A DNA stretch of 64,000 nucleotides from Octopus sinensis (taxonomy: Eukaryota). The notes below the pieces were generated by a model. It was not told the DNA's origin. It saw only the letters and a program-made list of their open reading frames with translations, and did not search any database. Made by a program: the position numbers and the translations under genes. This document shows positions 51,026 through 64,000 of this stretch, one piece after another (position 1 is the stretch's first letter; each line of letters opens with the position of its first letter). The stretch lies in assembly GCF_006345805.1 (NCBI RefSeq), contig NC_043008.1, forward strand, positions 10,230,001 to 10,294,000, read 5' to 3'.

Positions 51026-52590
51026 TTCGATGCAAAGGGGTCCCAATGCAAACACATATATCCTTTTTCCAGTGACGAAAAGTCACTGATCTCGAAAAAG
51101 TGTAAAATATCCTAAAACTTTTCAGAAATTCAATTTAACCAGATCTCAGTGACATTTAGTATTTAAGAGTTGATGTTAGAACCATCTAGAATGTAAATCA
51201 TAATGATTGGCCGACTTGATGGTTTAACATACAAATGTCAGTAAAAGGGAATATCTAGGTGTACATATTAACCCGTTAGCATTTAAAGTGACCATATCTG
51301 GCCAAAATATTCCAGGTGTTTGATGTTCAAACTGGCAAGGTCTGACCTCTCCACACCAACCCTACAATATAATTCTAAAAATTAACAGTTACTTCATCAA
51401 AATCTCAAATCTACAAGATAAGGCATAATTAATTCAAAACAATGTGAATAAATAAAGTTTAACATTTGACAGAGTGACCTGAATGCTGAAAGGTTAAAGG
51501 TGACATTTGTGAAAAAGCACCTTTACACAAACTTGAAGGAATTTCTTCAGCCACTTCTTCAACCTCTGACTCACAAATGCATGGGTTTTTCCCTCTGTCC
51601 ATCCATCTATCCATTTGTTGGTCGGTTTGCCTGCCAGCTTGTCTGTCTGTCTGTGTGTTTTCACGTCTGTCTGTCTGTCTGTCTCTCTTATCTAATACTA
51701 CTACAATGGTCTTTGATCTTTTTGTACTAATTTACTACTACATACCCCTCTCCACCCCCTTCCCACCCCTTATTCTCTCTGACCCCTACTCACCCACCAT
51801 TAACCCCTCCACATAAAATATTTTAGCAGTCATTCCTTCCCTGGCCTGCAGCCCTCAAACCCTGTACAGTTCTAACCCTGACAGGTATTTTCCTGCTGAC
51901 ATTGACCTTCAGCTCTCTAAGCTGTCCATCAAACACATCAAACCAACCAATTAGAGAGGAGAGTCTTCAAAGGTCAAGGTCATGAGCATCACCCCTTTTA
52001 CTTGTTTCAGTCATTTGACTGTGGCCATGCTAGGGCACTGCCTTGAGGAATTTTAGTCGAACAAATTGACCTCAGGACTTATTACATTTTTTTTTTGTAA
52101 AGCCTGGTACTTATTCTATTGGTCTCTTTTGCCAAACAGCTAAGTTATAAGGGCATAAACATACTAATAACTGTTGTCAAGCAGTGGTGGGAGACAAACA
52201 CAGACACAAACATGTGCACACTCATAGATATATATATATATATATATGAATATATATACGACAGGCTTCTTTCAGTTTCCATCTATCAAATCCACTCACA
52301 AGGCTTTGGTCAGCTTGAAGCTGTAGGAGAAGACACTTGCCCAAGGTGCTGTGCAGTGGGACCGAAGCCAGAATCGTGTGGTTGAGAAGCAAACTTCTTA
52401 CCACACACACACCCATACACGTGCACACATGCGCACACACACACACACACACATACACACTGTATTTTGAAGATTTTGATTCTTGAAGCCATTCCTTACT
52501 GCTGAAAAATCTTGTGAGTTACTTGGTGACCATTCTGGTGCCTGTGTCGTGCAAAAAACATCCATTACACTCTACAAAATGGTTGGTGTT

Positions 52591-53880
52591 TGTTAGTTAG
52601 TTAGTTAGTTAGTTAATTTGGCTCAAAAGCAAATAGCAAGGCCATGTAGGGGGACATGGAGTTAAGTACAGGGTGGTGTTCATGTAAAGAGTTCAGGCCA
52701 CTTGAGGTCCAGGGAGGCTTTGAACAAAGCGGTCGTCGGCATCTTCACCATCTCGTCTGGCAGCTTGTCCCACGGATCCGCAACCCGGACGGAGAAAGCT
52801 CCTCTCCTTCGATTGAGATGAAATCGTCGCAGGTAGAGCTTTTTGGAATGACCCCGCAGCCGACGCTCCAGAGCAGGAGTGAAGAACAGCTCTTTCGAGA
52901 GGTTACACTTCCCGCTTATGATGTTGTGGGCGAGAATGAGATCACCACGGCGGCGGCGTTTTTCAAGAGAATAAAGGTCGAGCGTCCTCAGCCTTTCTTC
53001 GTAGGACAAATTTTTGAGACCATGAACCATGCGGGTAGCCAGCCTCTGGACTCTTTCGAGGTGCTGTATGTCTTTGAGGAGATAAGGAGAAGAGGCTTGA
53101 ATCCCATACTCCAATATGGGTCTCACCAGTGTGACATAGAGTGGCAGGAATATGGCTGCTGTGAGCATTCCGAATGACCGTCGAATCAAAAACAGAATTC
53201 CGCGCGCTTTGTTGGCAGCATGGACGCACTGGGCCGAAGGCGAAAAGGAGGAATCCACCAAGATACCCAGGTCCTTTACCTGATCGGTCCTCTCCAGCAG
53301 CAGACGACCTGGCTCGAAATCAAGTTGAGTTGCAGGAGTAGAGCCGACAGGCAGATGACAGCACATTGACACGTTCAGACACAGGTCCCAATCGTTAGAC
53401 CACTTCCAAATTTGGTGGAGGCATCGACGAAGATCCTCTATACTACCGCGAGGAGCGACCAGTTTGATATCGTCGGCAAATAGAAGGGTGTGTTGCGTGA
53501 GGTCGTCGGGCAAGTCATTTATGAAGACTAAGAACAACAAGGGCCCAAGCACTGAACCTTGAGGCACGCCACTGCTCGCACTGGAGACGTCGGACCGCGA
53601 ACCATTAACTTGAACTTGGAAGGAGCGATCTGAGAGGAAGGCACCAACCCATCGTACAATATCCGGATGGAAACTATATGCTTGAAGCTTGACAAGTAGT
53701 AGGCGGTGGTTTACCGAGTCAAAAGCTTTGGCAAAGTCCAATAAAACGATGTCAACAGCATCACTATCATCGAGGATGCGCATCACCAATTCTTCCATTA
53801 CTAGTAAGTTGGTCAAGCATGATCTCTTCAGCACGAAGCCATGTTGGGAATCAGTGAAAGGTATCCAGCCATAGAAACTT
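52591..53880 (-). mobile_element. CR1-clade LINE, 5'-truncated, with open RT C-terminal frame and (TAAC)n tail
   Basis: QHGF..RSCLTNLL, LDFAKAFDSVNH, GVPQGSVLGPLLFLVFINDL, LFADDIKL, YSLEKRRRRGDLI; no stops; (gtta)n on + at ~52591-52614. Confidence 0.95.
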
Positions 53881-53997
53881 TGCCAGAACAGGTATTGCAG
53901 CTTGGAACAGTCTTCTGGCTTGCCAACTCTTGTTGAATCATCCAACCCATACTAGCATGGAAAAGGGACGTTAAATGGTGATAATATATATATATGT

Positions 53998-54246
53998 GGA
54001 GGCGCGTGACTTAGTGGTTAGGGTGTCAGTACCATGATCGTAAGATTGTGGTTTCGATTCCTGGACCGGGCAACACTTTGTGTTCTTGAGCAAAACACAT
54101 CATTTCACGTTGCTCCAGTCCACTCAGCTGGCAAAAATGAGTAAAGCTGCGATGGACTGGCGTCCCGTCCAGCTGGGGAACACATACGCCATAGAAACTG
54201 GGAAACCGGGCCCTTGAGCCTGGCTAGGCTTTAAAATGGCACATTG

Positions 54247-54290
<44 letters not shown>
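53998..54290 (+). mobile_element. tRNA-derived SINE family E with (TTA)n tail
   Basis: A and B boxes, GATGGACTGGCGTCCCGTCCAG core; degenerate relative at ~26168-26420. Confidence 0.8.
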
Positions 54291-54298
<8 letters not shown>

Positions 54299-54776
54299 TC
54301 TCCATCTTAGATAAACATATTGATACCACTAAATCAATTTTGACTCTATATTCAGGACAACATTGCCCAATGTATTCTTTCTTTTTTAAAGTGATAGGAT
54401 ATGATGTTAGAGATTTGGTTGCTATTTCTAACAAGTCAACCAAATATGTAGAGGTTCCCTATTATCCTGTTGCATTCTTGATCATAGAAAACCTTTAGAC
54501 TATTGCAGGAGGAGCTTAACTTCCAGTTAAATCATTTGTTTATCATATGCAGTATTTAGGTTTATCCCATAGATTATCTAACGTGTTTTATGGCTTTAAA
54601 CCTTTTAAGTTGAGTAGCAATTCAAAAATTTATGATCTAAACCTAGTAAATCAATTAGTTTTGGCTTGTTTGTCTAAACTCCATGGTCACCATTAAAGGT
54701 TATCAGACATAGGTCCTGGTTTTTTATATGGAGTGTAATGAATTTAGTTGTGTATTGTTCATGAATAGTGAAGATA

Positions 54777-54955
54777 GGCATAGGAGTGGCTGTGTGGTAA
54801 GTAGCTTGCTTACCAACCACATGGTTCTGGGCTCAGTCCCACTGCGTGGCACCTTGGGCAAGTGTCTTCTACTATAACTTTGGGCCGACCAAAGCCTTGT
54901 GAGTGGATTTGGTAGACGGAAACTGAAAGAAGCCTGTCGTATATATATGTGTATG

Positions 54956-54992
<37 letters not shown>

Positions 54993-55274
54993 TTGTGTGT
55001 GTGTATGTGTATGTTTGTGTGTCTGTGTTTGTATTCCCCCCCCCCAACATTGCTTGACAACTGATGTTGGTGTGTTTATGTCCCCGTAACTTAGCGGCTC
55101 AGCATAAGAGACCGATTGAATAAGAACTAGGCTTACAAAGAATAAGTGCTGGGGTCGATTTGATTTGACTGAAGCCAAACTGCTAAGCTATGGTGACGTA
55201 AACACACCAGCATTGGTTGTCAAGCGATGTTGGGGGGACAAACACAGACACACAAACAAAATACACACACACAC

Positions 55275-55319
<45 letters not shown>

Positions 55320-55510
55320 ATATATAATATATATATATACATACATATATATGGTGGGCTTCTTTCAGTTTCTGTCTACCAAATCCACTCACAAGGCTTT
55401 GGTCGGCCCAAGGCTATTGTAGAAGACACTTGACCAAGGTACCACGCAGTATGACTGAACCCAGAACCATGTGGTTTGTAAGCCAGCTACTTACCACACA
55501 GCCACTCCTA
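54777..55510. mobile_element. Two family B SINEs fused tail-to-tail (inverted pair)
   Basis: + copy ~54777-55165 joined directly to - copy ~55166-55510. Confidence 0.88.
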
Positions 55511-55787
55511 CTCCTACGGTTTGGTGATGTTTCATGAAGAATGGTGTAAATATGATTAAAGGTGAAAGAAGCAGAAAGGAGATTTCTGAGCTTGGAAAGG
55601 CAGAAAGTAAGGCAAATGCTCCTTTATGAGTGCTTTCATAGGAAATACTTTAATTTACCAGTTTACTAGAAGATAGAACAGAAGCTAAATCAGTGAGAGG
55701 GGAACCGGACTAAGATTTTGTTAGGGGTTAACGTTAGTTTCAATCTTTATCTTTTGAAACCATGGTGATTGGTGGTACTCAGAGGGA

Positions 55788-55989
55788 AGGCGGTGAGCCG
55801 GGCGAAATGCTTAGCGGTATTTCGTCTGTCGTTACGTTCTGAGTTCAAATTCCGCCGAGGTCGACTTGGCCTTTCATCCTTTCGGGGTCGATAAATTAAG
55901 TACCAATTACGCACTGGGGTCGATGTAATTGACTTAATACCTATGTTTGTCCCCTCTATGTTTAACCCCTTGTGGGTAATAAAGAAATA
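55788..55989 (+). mobile_element. SINE family A (internally deleted head)
   Basis: TSD GGTACTCAGAGGGA at 55774-55787 and 55990-56003; further family copies at ~3108, 12376, 35150, 42905, 50043, 59140 and 59350. Confidence 0.88.
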
Positions 55990-58139
55990 GGTACTCAGAG
56001 GGACCACTAGACTCAAGTACAACAAGAGATATTTTATTTGAATATCATGTATATGTGTATTAATATATATCATCATCATCATCATCATCTTTGTCACTGC
56101 TGCTATCATCATCATCATCATCATAAAAAAAATGATAATGAAATTATTGTATACAGTGCTCAGGTGCACCACAACTTGTCAAAAAGTGCATATAAAGCAT
56201 ATGCACGAATGTCTGGAAAGCAAACTGAATGAGTCAGATACATGCTTGTGTGTGTATGGAGGGGAGAAAATCAGGTGTAGTGTTGGATAATCTCAGGAAG
56301 CATGGAAGTTTTGAAGGATGCAGTGCTCTGACAACTAACAACTGATGCCGACAGTTTGTTCCATACTACAGCAACTCTCAGCGTGAAAAAATGTTTCCGA
56401 AAGTCATGGGAGCTGACTTAGTAAACATGTCTACATCATCATCATCATGTCTGATTTCCCATGATTGGGTTGGCTAGATCTGCAACAGTATATGGCTAAA
56501 CCTCACACTCAAGACTTTTGGTAATATTCTGTGATGGGTATTCTTGTCAGTAAGATCAGGAATTACGATGGAAAATGTCAGCTTAGTTTGCTCACATCTG
56601 ATCTCGCTTTCCCAATTCTTTATACGTCTCTTTGAGCTGCTTCTACTACAGACATATCAACAGATGCTACTGCAATATTTGTTTAGCTGTAAACCTTTTG
56701 TTAACTAAAAGTTTATTCAACGAGAGCAGATAAAAGTAGTGTTTACTGTCGGATGTATTATCAGATTGTATTAGTTTCTCTGAAGCTGAGAGAGCTAGTA
56801 CTAACCATAGTATAAATATTGGAACTCTGCCTAATGCTAATGTAATTTCGTAGTTGTTATTAATGCAACTAGTATCACCAATGAAATATTTCATGGATGG
56901 TGGTAATTGTAACAGCTGATATTTTCTTTTAATTTATACAGGTGCAATGTAGTAAGTAGGGAGGGAAGTGGTAAGAAAGAAAAAAGGGGGATGATGTGGT
57001 TGGCTGGGAAGGAGAGAGGGGACTCGGTCGGTCGAAGGATGTTTAGTCAAGTAACATGTCAATCAAAATGGTAGTGAGGAATTCTGAAGAACAATAAAGA
57101 AAGGTGATAAAAATAGATGATGAAAAGGGAGATACTGGTTGATAATTGTCATAAATCTCAAGACTCTTAGATTGCCCATTCTGTAAATTTAAATAAAATA
57201 ATAATAGGCACAGGAGTGGCTTCCCACTGAGTAGCACCTTGGGCAAGTGTCTTCTACTATAGCCTTGGGCTGACCAAAGCCTTGTGAGTGGATTTGGTAG
57301 ATGGAAACTGAAAGAAGCCTGTCGTATATATATATGTATGCATGTGTGTGTATATGTTTGTGTGTCTGTGTTTGTCCCCACCAACATCGCTTGACAACCG
57401 ATGGTGGTGTGTTTACGTCCCTGCAACTTATTCTATTAGAAAAAGAGACTGATAGAATAAGTACTAGGCTTCCAAAGAATAAGTCCTGGGGGTCGATTTG
57501 CTCGACTAAAGGCGGTGCTCCAGCTTGGCCGCAGTCAAATGACTGAAACAAGCAAGAGAATAAAAAAGAGAGTAAAAAGTTGTTAATTTTTCAAGAATTA
57601 GTCAATTATGAAGGCTAGTAAAAAAAAAAAAAAAAAAAATTCTGGTTTAGTATTTTTCGATGGAGAAATATATATGATATAATATTTTGAGTTTTAACCA
57701 TAACTTCTGTATTAACCAGATTCTAATTAATGACTGAAAATGTCATTAGGTGACTTAAATCTTTTCTGAGATTCATTATCACCTTGGCAACAGTTGTCCA
57801 GTGCCTTCTGTTTACACACGTTGGTATTAACAGATGGTATTATGTGGAGCAAAGGCATGACAATGTAATCAATATTATCACACACACACACACATGCACA
57901 CACACACACACACACTCACACTCTGTGTGTGTGTGCATGCACATAGTACGAAGAACACAAGATTACTTAACAATCTTCTTGTAGAGTAGAAAAGAGAAAT
58001 GTGATTAAATATAAAAAGATTATGAAGCATTGTCATTTGTCACTCCCGTGTATTCATTAACAATAACAACCACCTACGTAGACAGACACACACACACACA
58101 CGTGTGTGCGTCTGTATATATATATATATATATACATAT

Positions 58140-58241
58140 AGACACACGCAAGTGAGTGTGTGTTTATTCATATATATACACACACACACACATATATATA
58201 TACACACATATAGATGCACGCAAGTGAGGGTTTGTTTATTC

Positions 58242-58274
<33 letters not shown>

Positions 58275-58390
58275 CATATAGACACACACAAGTGAGTGTG
58301 TTTATTCATATATATACACACACACACACATATATATATACACACATATAGATGCACGCAAGTGAGTGTTTATTCATATATATAAATATA
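58140..58390. repeat. About 70-bp minisatellite with A-B-A-B higher-order structure
   Basis: CAAGTGAG anchors at 58149, 58221, 58289 and 58359. Confidence 0.85.
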
Positions 58391-61300
58391 TACACATACA
58401 CGCGCGCACACACACACACAGCAAAGGAAATCTATATATAAAGCAGATGTTTTAAAAGGTTGTGTTTAGAATATTTTATTTTTGAAATAAATATCTTGCC
58501 TGTACTCAAGGTTTAGTTTGAGGTATTTGTTTTTGAGTAATGTATATTGTTCCTGCAATATAGCATCATCATCATTGTTTAACATCTGCTTTCCATGCTA
58601 GCATGGGTTGGACGGTTTGACTGAGGGCAGTCGAACCAGATGGCTGAACCAGGCTCCAATCTTGATCTGGCAGAGTTTCTACAGCTGGATGCCCTTCCTT
58701 ACGCCTATATATTTTCTTTTTGTTTTTCCTTGTTAAGTGGGATTTTTGTAGTTTTTAGGGTTGTAGATGTTCTTCATTTAACTTCCATTTCCCCCTGCTG
58801 TCATAGTTTGGATAGTCTGACAGGATTTGGCAAGCTGTAGGGCTGTGTTGAGATCCAATATCAGTTTTGGTATGGCTGGATGCCTTTCTCAATGTCAGTT
58901 GCTTCAAAGAGTGTAAATGGTCCCAGAAATCTTGTTCCAAGTGAGACTTTTGTCTTTTCTAAGACTGTTCATCATTTTGGTTAATTTTAATGAATGACAA
59001 TGAAATCAATATTATCACACACAGTGTACACACACACACACTGAAAGTGTAATTAAGTGACTTTAAAAAATTTTGGTTAATTTTAATGTATTTTCTACTC
59101 TAGGCACAAGGCCCGAAATTTTTGTGGACAGGACCTGTCGATTAGATTGATTTTCTTAATAATAAATATGCAACTGGTACTTAATTTATTGACCCTGAAA
59201 GGATGACAGGCAAAGTTGACCTCGGCAGAATTTGAACTCAGAATGTAAAGACAGACGAAATACTGCTAAGCATTTCGTCCGATGTACTGTTTCTGCCAGC
59301 TCACCATCTTTAAATATTCTTTTCTACTCTAGGCACAATGTCTGAAATTTTGGGGGGAGGGGTCAGTCAGTTAGATTGACCCCAGTAGGCAACTGGTACT
59401 TAATTTATTGATCCTGAAAGAATGAAAGGCAAAGTTGATCTCAGCAGAATAGGAACCCAGAACGTAAAGACATACGAAATACCACTAAACATGTCACCTG
59501 GCATGCTAACATTTCTGCCAGCTCGCTGTCTTATTCCACGTTATATTCTAATTAATCCATTAACCTTTCACCCACACACAATACTAAAAATAATGCATCC
59601 TCATATTTAAGTCTGCTGGCATGAACTGATAGGTCAGCATGTAACATCTTAAGGTTTACCTTTTTCTCTGATAAAATTTTGCCCATCACATATAAATGCA
59701 AATTTAAAGCATAAATTTATAATTTACCTGTTGGGCATGAATGGAAATGGCTGTATGAAGTAAAGATTACCAATTTTTTAATAATAAATAATCATTAATT
59801 TTCAACTCTCCATTTCCTTAACTGAAATTGAATTATATATATAAATATACATACATATATATATTTATATATATATAGGCACAGGAGTGGCTGTGTGGTA
59901 AGTAGCTTGCCTACCAACCACATGGTTCTGGGTTCAGTCCCACTGCGTGGCATCTTGGGCAAGTGTCTTCTGCTATAGCCTCGGGCCGACCAATGCCTTG
60001 TGAGTGGATATGGTATACGGAAACTGAAAGAAGCCTGTCGTATATATGTATATATATGTGTATGTGTGTGTATATGTTTGTCCCTCTAGCATTGCTTGAC
60101 AACCGATGCTGGTGTGTTTACGTCCCCGTCACTTAGCGGTTCGGCAAGAGAGACCGATAGAATAAGTACTGGGCTTACAAAGAATAAGTCCCGGGGTCGA
60201 TTTGCTCGACTAAAGGCGGTGCTCCAGCATGGCCGCAGTCAAATGACTGAAACAAGTAAAAGAGTAAATATATATATATATATATATAGCAATGAAAATA
60301 TTTTAACAAATTAAATTTAAATGTTGAAGTGAATCTAATGGTTTTTGTGTGATTCTTAAATGGCTTATAAACACCTTCCACGCTGCAATTGTTTTCGTTC
60401 CAGCACACGATCTCAGATCAAGTCACTCGCTATGTAAGTACATCTCCGTAATATATATATATATATATCAAAATAAGCAACAAGGATATCAAGAGGTTAT
60501 GCAGTACGATCGTTTCATGCAACTCCATTTAATTGAACAATGCAATCATTACATCAATTTAAAATGTAGAGCAATCTTCAATATATATAACGGTGTGGAG
60601 CTGTATACTCAACAAACAGGAATATGAACACCTAACTGTATATCTTTAGTCAACTCTGATGAGATTTGACTTTTAAATTATATTAATTACGGTAATTAAT
60701 TCCTAAGTGTCTGGAATCAAAATAGCTGTCAGAGATGATGTTTAATTTTTTAATTAATAAATAATTATTAATCATCTCTCTATTTTCTTATCTTCTTAAA
60801 ATATATATAAACCACAGTTTATCTAGTTACCTTGCAGTTGAATATTAATTATAATATTCAACACTTTTTAAATAGGTAACTAACCAGTATTTTCATTGCA
60901 TTTTATTATCTTTTATTAAGTTTGTAACCTTTATTTGAACTTATATATATAAAGGAATGCCAAAAATGGGACAAGAATGCAAAACATCCAGACAGTTAGA
61001 TGATACAAAAATGAGACAACAACACATCCAGACAGCCGATACAAAAAAAAACATAGACGGGTCATTTGGAGTTTTCTTTTTTCAGTCGAGTTCCAGATTA
61101 TCTTTGCAATTTCGGCTTGTTATACTTGAGATTGCTCCAATCTGGCCAACCCAAAGGAAAAACTAATCTAAGAGCACTAGATTCCTTGGAAGAAAGCAGT
61201 GAATGTATACGAAAACAAGGACGGAAAAAAACGGAGAAATAGTACACAAATGCAAATAAAGAACATTAACAACAGGTGTATATATATATAAATATGTACA

Positions 61301-64000
61301 TATCTGTGTTTGCCACTACTATTTAATAATTGCTGATGGGGTATTTAAGTCTCTGTAATTTGGTGCCCATGCTAGGGCACTATCTTGAAGAATTTTAGTT
61401 GAACAAATTAACACCAGTACTTTTTTTTTAAGCCTGGTATTTATTCTGTCAGTCTCTTTTGCCAAACTGCTAAGTCATGGTGAGGCAAAGACACCAACAC
61501 TGGTTTTTGAGTGGTGGTGGTGGTGGAAAAAAACACAGACAAAGACACACTCATATATATATATATATACATACACATGGACATATATACGATGAGCTTC
61601 TTTCAGTTTCAGTCTACCAAATCCACTCACAGGGCTTTGGTTGGCCCAGGGCTATAGTAAAAGACACTTGCTCAAGGTGTCATGCAGTGGGACTGAACTG
61701 GGAACCATGTAGTTGGAATGCAGGCTTTTTGCCACATAGCCATGCCTATAAATATAATAAATTTTTCTTTGATTGACTTGTGTTTTACTTTTTTTGATGC
61801 AAGCCCCTAAAAAAATCCAGGTTTTGGATCTAGTCCAGATATTAAAGAGGTTGAGAAACACTGCTCTGTGGAGTCACTCAGCCTGCTAGAAATAACTGTC
61901 AAACTTTTCTCAAATCATATTCCACTATCTTAGGTGTAGGATTGGCTGTGTGGTAAGTAGTTTGCTTACCAACAACATGGTTCTGGGTTCAGTCCCACTG
62001 CATGGCACCTTGGGCAAGTGTCTTCTACTATAGCCTCGGGCCGACCAAAGCCTTGTGAGTGGATTTGGTAGACCGAAACTGAAAGAACCCGTCGTATATA
62101 TATATATATATATATACATCATTAATTATATCCTGTCTGTCCTTCATAATAGATAATGTTAATGCTATCACTGTATCACAAATATGATGATGATGATGAT
62201 GATGATATATATATATGCATGTGTGTGTATATGTTTGTGTGTCTGTGTTTGTCTCCCCAACAGCGCTTGACAACCGATGCTGGTGTGTGTTTACGTCCCC
62301 GTAACTTAGCAGTTCAGCGAGAGAGACCGATAGATTAAGTACTGGGCTTACAAAGAATGAGTCCCGGGGTTGATTTGCTCGACTAAATGCGGTGCTCCAG
62401 CATGGCCACAGTCAAATGACAGAAACAAGTAAAAGAGTAAAGAGAGTATCTTAGAAAAAAAAAACAATGTAAAACGTGAAGAATATTGACCATGTAGTGT
62501 CCCTGAAGTAGACGGAAACAGATGGTTGAATGGTTGTAGCTGTCATCGTAAGTTTATTCAGGTTGATCTGGGGGTTAAACAACAACACACACACACATGC
62601 GTTTACACACACGTTGTTTTAAGTGAAAACAACTGTAGTCTGCAGTCTGCTACACATCTGTTTCGGGTGATGACGTCATCACAGCTGTCACTCTGAAACT
62701 GATCAATCATCCACAAACTCATTTCAACATTATTATTATTATTATCATTTTTATTCCCTGTACTTCCCACCACTAGTACTTTAGTATTTGGGTTTTTATT
62801 TAAAAAAATTTTTTTGCCATTTGGTCAACTGTTCAACTACAGTCGGTATCTATTATGTCTTTCTGTATGATTTATTTTATACTAGAGCTGCTTTATTTCA
62901 TATGTAAATATATATATATATATATGCTCTCTTTTTACTCTTTTACTTGTTTCAGTCATTTGACTGTGGCCAAGCTGGAGCACCGCCTTTAATCGAGCAA
63001 CTCGACCCCGGAACTTATTCTTTTGTAAGCCCAGTACTTATTCTATCGGTCTCTTTTGCCGAACCGCTAAGTTACGGGGACCTAAACACACCAGCATCAG
63101 TTGTCAAGCGATGTTGGGGAGACAAACACAGACACACAAATATATACACACACATACATATATATATATGTATATACATATATACGACAGGCTTCTTTCA
63201 GTTTCCGTCTACCAAATCCACTGACAAGGCTTTGGTTGGCCCGAGGCTATAGTAGAAGACACTTGCCCAAGGTGCCATGCTGTGGGACTGAACCCGGAAC
63301 CATGTCGTTGGTAAGCAAGCTACTTACCACACAGCCACTCCTGCGCCTATATATATATATATATATATATATATCATCATCATCATCATTGTTTAACATC
63401 TGCTTTCCATGCTCGCTAGGGTTGGACGATATGACTGAGGTCTGGCGAACCAGATGGCTGCAACCAGACTCCAATCTGATCTGGCAGAGTTTCTACAGCT
63501 GGATGCCCTTCCTAATGCCATCCACTCCGAGAGTGTAGTGAGTGCTTTTATGTCCCACCGGCACGAGGGCCAGTCAGGCAGTACTGGCAACGGCCATGCT
63601 CAAATGGTGCTTTTTATGTGCCACCTGCACAGGAGCCAGTCCAGTGGCACTGGCAATGACCTCACTCAAATGCTTTTTCATGTGCCACCAGCACCCGAAA
63701 GTGTTACTTCTAGTTTCATGGTTTTATGATACTTGAATGTGCATATTTATAAAATATGCCATGTATCTTAAAGCATTATTTCAGGCTCTCAGTGACTGCA
63801 AGAAGACTGCAATACAGTCTCTGTTTGGCTGGATGTTTATTCCAGGAGATATTCAGAAGGACTGAGGATTTAAATGAGTGATGTTAGTAATGAATCTATA
63901 ATAATAATAATAATGATTGTGTACAGTGCTCAGGTGCACTACAACTCATCTAAAGTGTATATATAATCAGGTGTAGTTTCATCTTTTTTTGTTAACAGAG

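Noticed and set aside
52680-53945. 421-aa ORF as a host gene or complete retrotransposon
   Set aside because: Truncated CR1 RT lacking the endonuclease and N-terminal RT, fused by chance to repeat-derived codons
55562-55606. Possible exon VKEAERRFLSLERQK with a GTAAGG donor
   Set aside because: The acceptor lacks a pyrimidine tract; no independent support
56942-56951. Possible 10-nt microexon (tttatacag|gtgcaatgta|gtaagt)
   Set aside because: Splice signals are good, but it cannot be told apart from chance without RNA data
60656-60662. CTGATGA on + (likewise motifs near 20025, 23810 and 50481)
   Set aside because: Some have a stem II-like hairpin, but none has the GAAA-N-UH half of the core

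Overview
This is AT-rich, repeat-dense eukaryotic genomic DNA. Its SINE, LINE and microsatellite content suggests an octopod cephalopod (inference from recalled repeat families, not a database hit). Main content: (1) An ALDH7A1/antiquitin gene on the + strand, with 18 coding exons from 2643 to 26921. All introns are GT-AG and in phase, the spliced CDS is 1428 nt, and the first coding exon lies upstream of the window. (2) The 5' part of a second, unidentified + strand gene: a probable UTR exon ending at 44337, a coding exon at 45197-45697 and a 48-nt exon at 50646-50693. (3) Many transposon remnants: at least four SINE-like families, two CR1 LINE 3' fragments (one with an open RT frame), an RTE RT relic, piggyBac, hAT, mariner and Helentron-like non-autonomous elements, and long microsatellites. 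The most notable unannotated signal is a set of type-I hammerhead-ribozyme-like motifs with palindromic stem III (18714-18799, 20215-20256, 50954-51025, and a degenerate one near 60500). All lie on the minus strand, and the three intragenic ones are antisense to their host genes. Also notable are a dead duplicate of ALDH7A1 exon 3 that preserves a pre-SINE empty site, an intron splitting the equivalent of human exon 9, and a near-perfect 99-bp foldback next to a splice acceptor. No tRNA, rRNA or CRISPR locus is supported. Exon and TSD coordinates were read by hand; boundaries of degenerate repeats are approximate.
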